A DNA stretch of 37,774 nt from positions 1 to 37,774 of the forward strand of contig JBDTLQ010000001.1 in NCBI GenBank assembly GCA_039934715.1. Reading direction: 5' to 3'. Under the pieces are notes generated by a model, which did not search any database, was not told where the DNA came from, and worked only from the letters and a program-made list of their open reading frames with translations. Position numbers and translations under genes: made by a program. Origin of the DNA: Ignavibacteria bacterium (GTDB lineage Bacteria; Bacteroidota; Ignavibacteria; Tepidaquicellales; Tepidaquicellaceae). Below, one piece after another: positions 37,025 to 37,774 of the stretch; the stretch's first letter is position 1; each line of letters begins with the position of its first letter.

Positions 37025-37774
37025 CTAATTATTCCTGAATTTTCTGAAAGCGAAAAAATGCTGTCTCATATAACTTACAACATCGGAGTAAATAATTTTG
37101 AAAAAAGAAATTACCCTGCTTTTGCATTCGACATTTTCCTTTGAAAGAGGATAATCGGGAGTATCACTGAGTCCGAATTGTTTTGGCTTTCTTACTTCAG
37201 GATCCGGAAAGAAAGCTGTCCCGAAGATCCAGTCCCACATAGCCAGCTTAGTCCCGTAATTATTTTCGAACTCTTTGCCGCCGTCATCGGAGTGATGCCA
37301 TCTGTGCATTTCAGGACCATTAATAAAATACTGAAGCTTTCCCAATCTCACGTCAATATTTGAATGAATAAACATTCCCCAGACCGCGCTGATCATACCT
37401 TTATATATGGCAACTTCCGGAGCCGCACCAAGAAGAATTATAGGAGCGAACTCGACTGTCTGGTTGATAAGTATTTCAAATGAATGAGATCTTGCTCCTG
37501 AAAGCCAGTCAACTGTTTTTGGAGAATGATGAGCTTCGTGAGTTCTCCATAGAATCTTATTCTTATGCTGAAGCCTGTGGAACCAATAGATATAGAAATC
37601 ATGTGTCACGACAAAAAATAAAACCTGTACCCACACAGGCCAGTTTCCGATCAGACTGAACTCATAGAAGTTTGTATTATATTTGATCCAGTTTAAAAAT
37701 CCGAAAATGATCAGACCGAGCAGGTAGCTTTGGACAATGGAATACAACACTATATCATTAAAGAATCCTTCACG
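37025..37774 (-). CDS. Fatty-acid hydroxylase / sterol desaturase superfamily membrane protein (the N-terminus may lie beyond the window end)
   Basis: Histidine boxes HDFYIYWFHRLQH, HEAHHS and HRWHH. The reading frame stays open from the GTG at 37750 to the window edge at 37774. Confidence 0.8.
   Translation of the reverse strand, partial: REGFFNDIVLYSIVQSYLLGLIIFGFLNWIKYNTNFYEFSLIGNWPVWVQVLFFVVTHDFYIYWFHRLQHKNKILWRTHEAHHSPKTVDWLSGARSHSFEILINQTVEFAPIILLGAAPEVAIYKGMISAVWGMFIHSNIDVRLGKLQYFINGPEMHRWHHSDDGGKEFENNYGTKLAMWDWIFGTAFFPDPEVRKPKQFGLSDTPDYPLSKENVECKSRVISFFKIIYSDVVSYMRQHFFAFRKFRNN

Noticed and set aside
1-37774. The whole window considered as a defence island, prophage or integrative element.
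   Set aside because: There are no integrase, recombinase (other than the small Y1 transposase), restriction-modification, Cas, reverse-transcriptase, toxin-antitoxin or phage structural genes. No tRNA attachment site or direct-repeat borders were seen. Gene content is mostly housekeeping and metabolic.

Overview
This is a 37.8-kb, AT-rich (roughly 37-38% GC, estimated by eye), densely coding chromosomal segment. I call 33 protein genes and find no rRNA, tRNA or CRISPR array. A T9SS C-terminal sorting domain, DUF4783, A-rich leaders without clear Shine-Dalgarno sequences and many obligatory TTG starts suggest an FCB-group organism, Ignavibacteriota/Bacteroidota-like; this is inference only.

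Gene order:
- Partial NDH-2, then a DUF4783-like protein, a giant NtrY-like sensor kinase and an Ig-like lipoprotein.
- On the minus strand: Omp85/BamA-like protein then holB, DUF2795, and a peptide-type ABC importer (SBP-permease-permease, no ATPase).
- A second ~75%-identical SBP gene lies upstream, separated from the first by hpf-hprK.
- A co-directional block of poorly characterised genes: DUF2085, a 4-TM protein, DUF2752, a PHP phosphoesterase, a GroES-like protein, DinB, DUF5996 and adenine deaminase.
- A heptanucleotide tandem array, then GNAT and an M61 peptidase.
- On the minus strand: S9 peptidase, carA, a Tat-signal phospholipase C family protein and a T9SS cargo protein.
- GH57/DUF3536 and GH77 (malQ), split by an IS200-like/REP-associated tyrosine transposase flanked by hairpins, then a partial fatty-acid hydroxylase.

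I could not recognise a classical defence island, prophage, CRISPR, retron or DGR. Most of the window looks like ordinary housekeeping DNA. The observations most worth a second look are:
- the RAYT/REP-like unit;
- the (G/A/C)GTCAAT heptamer array;
- the hpf-hprK pair nested between duplicated SBP genes of an ATPase-less importer;
- the ~12-TM orphan NtrY-like kinase with an overlapping lipoprotein gene;
- the DUF2085 / CC-motif protein / DUF2752 membrane trio;
- an apparent strong excess of GATC.

All product calls rest on motif recognition from the translated ORFs, not on database searches.
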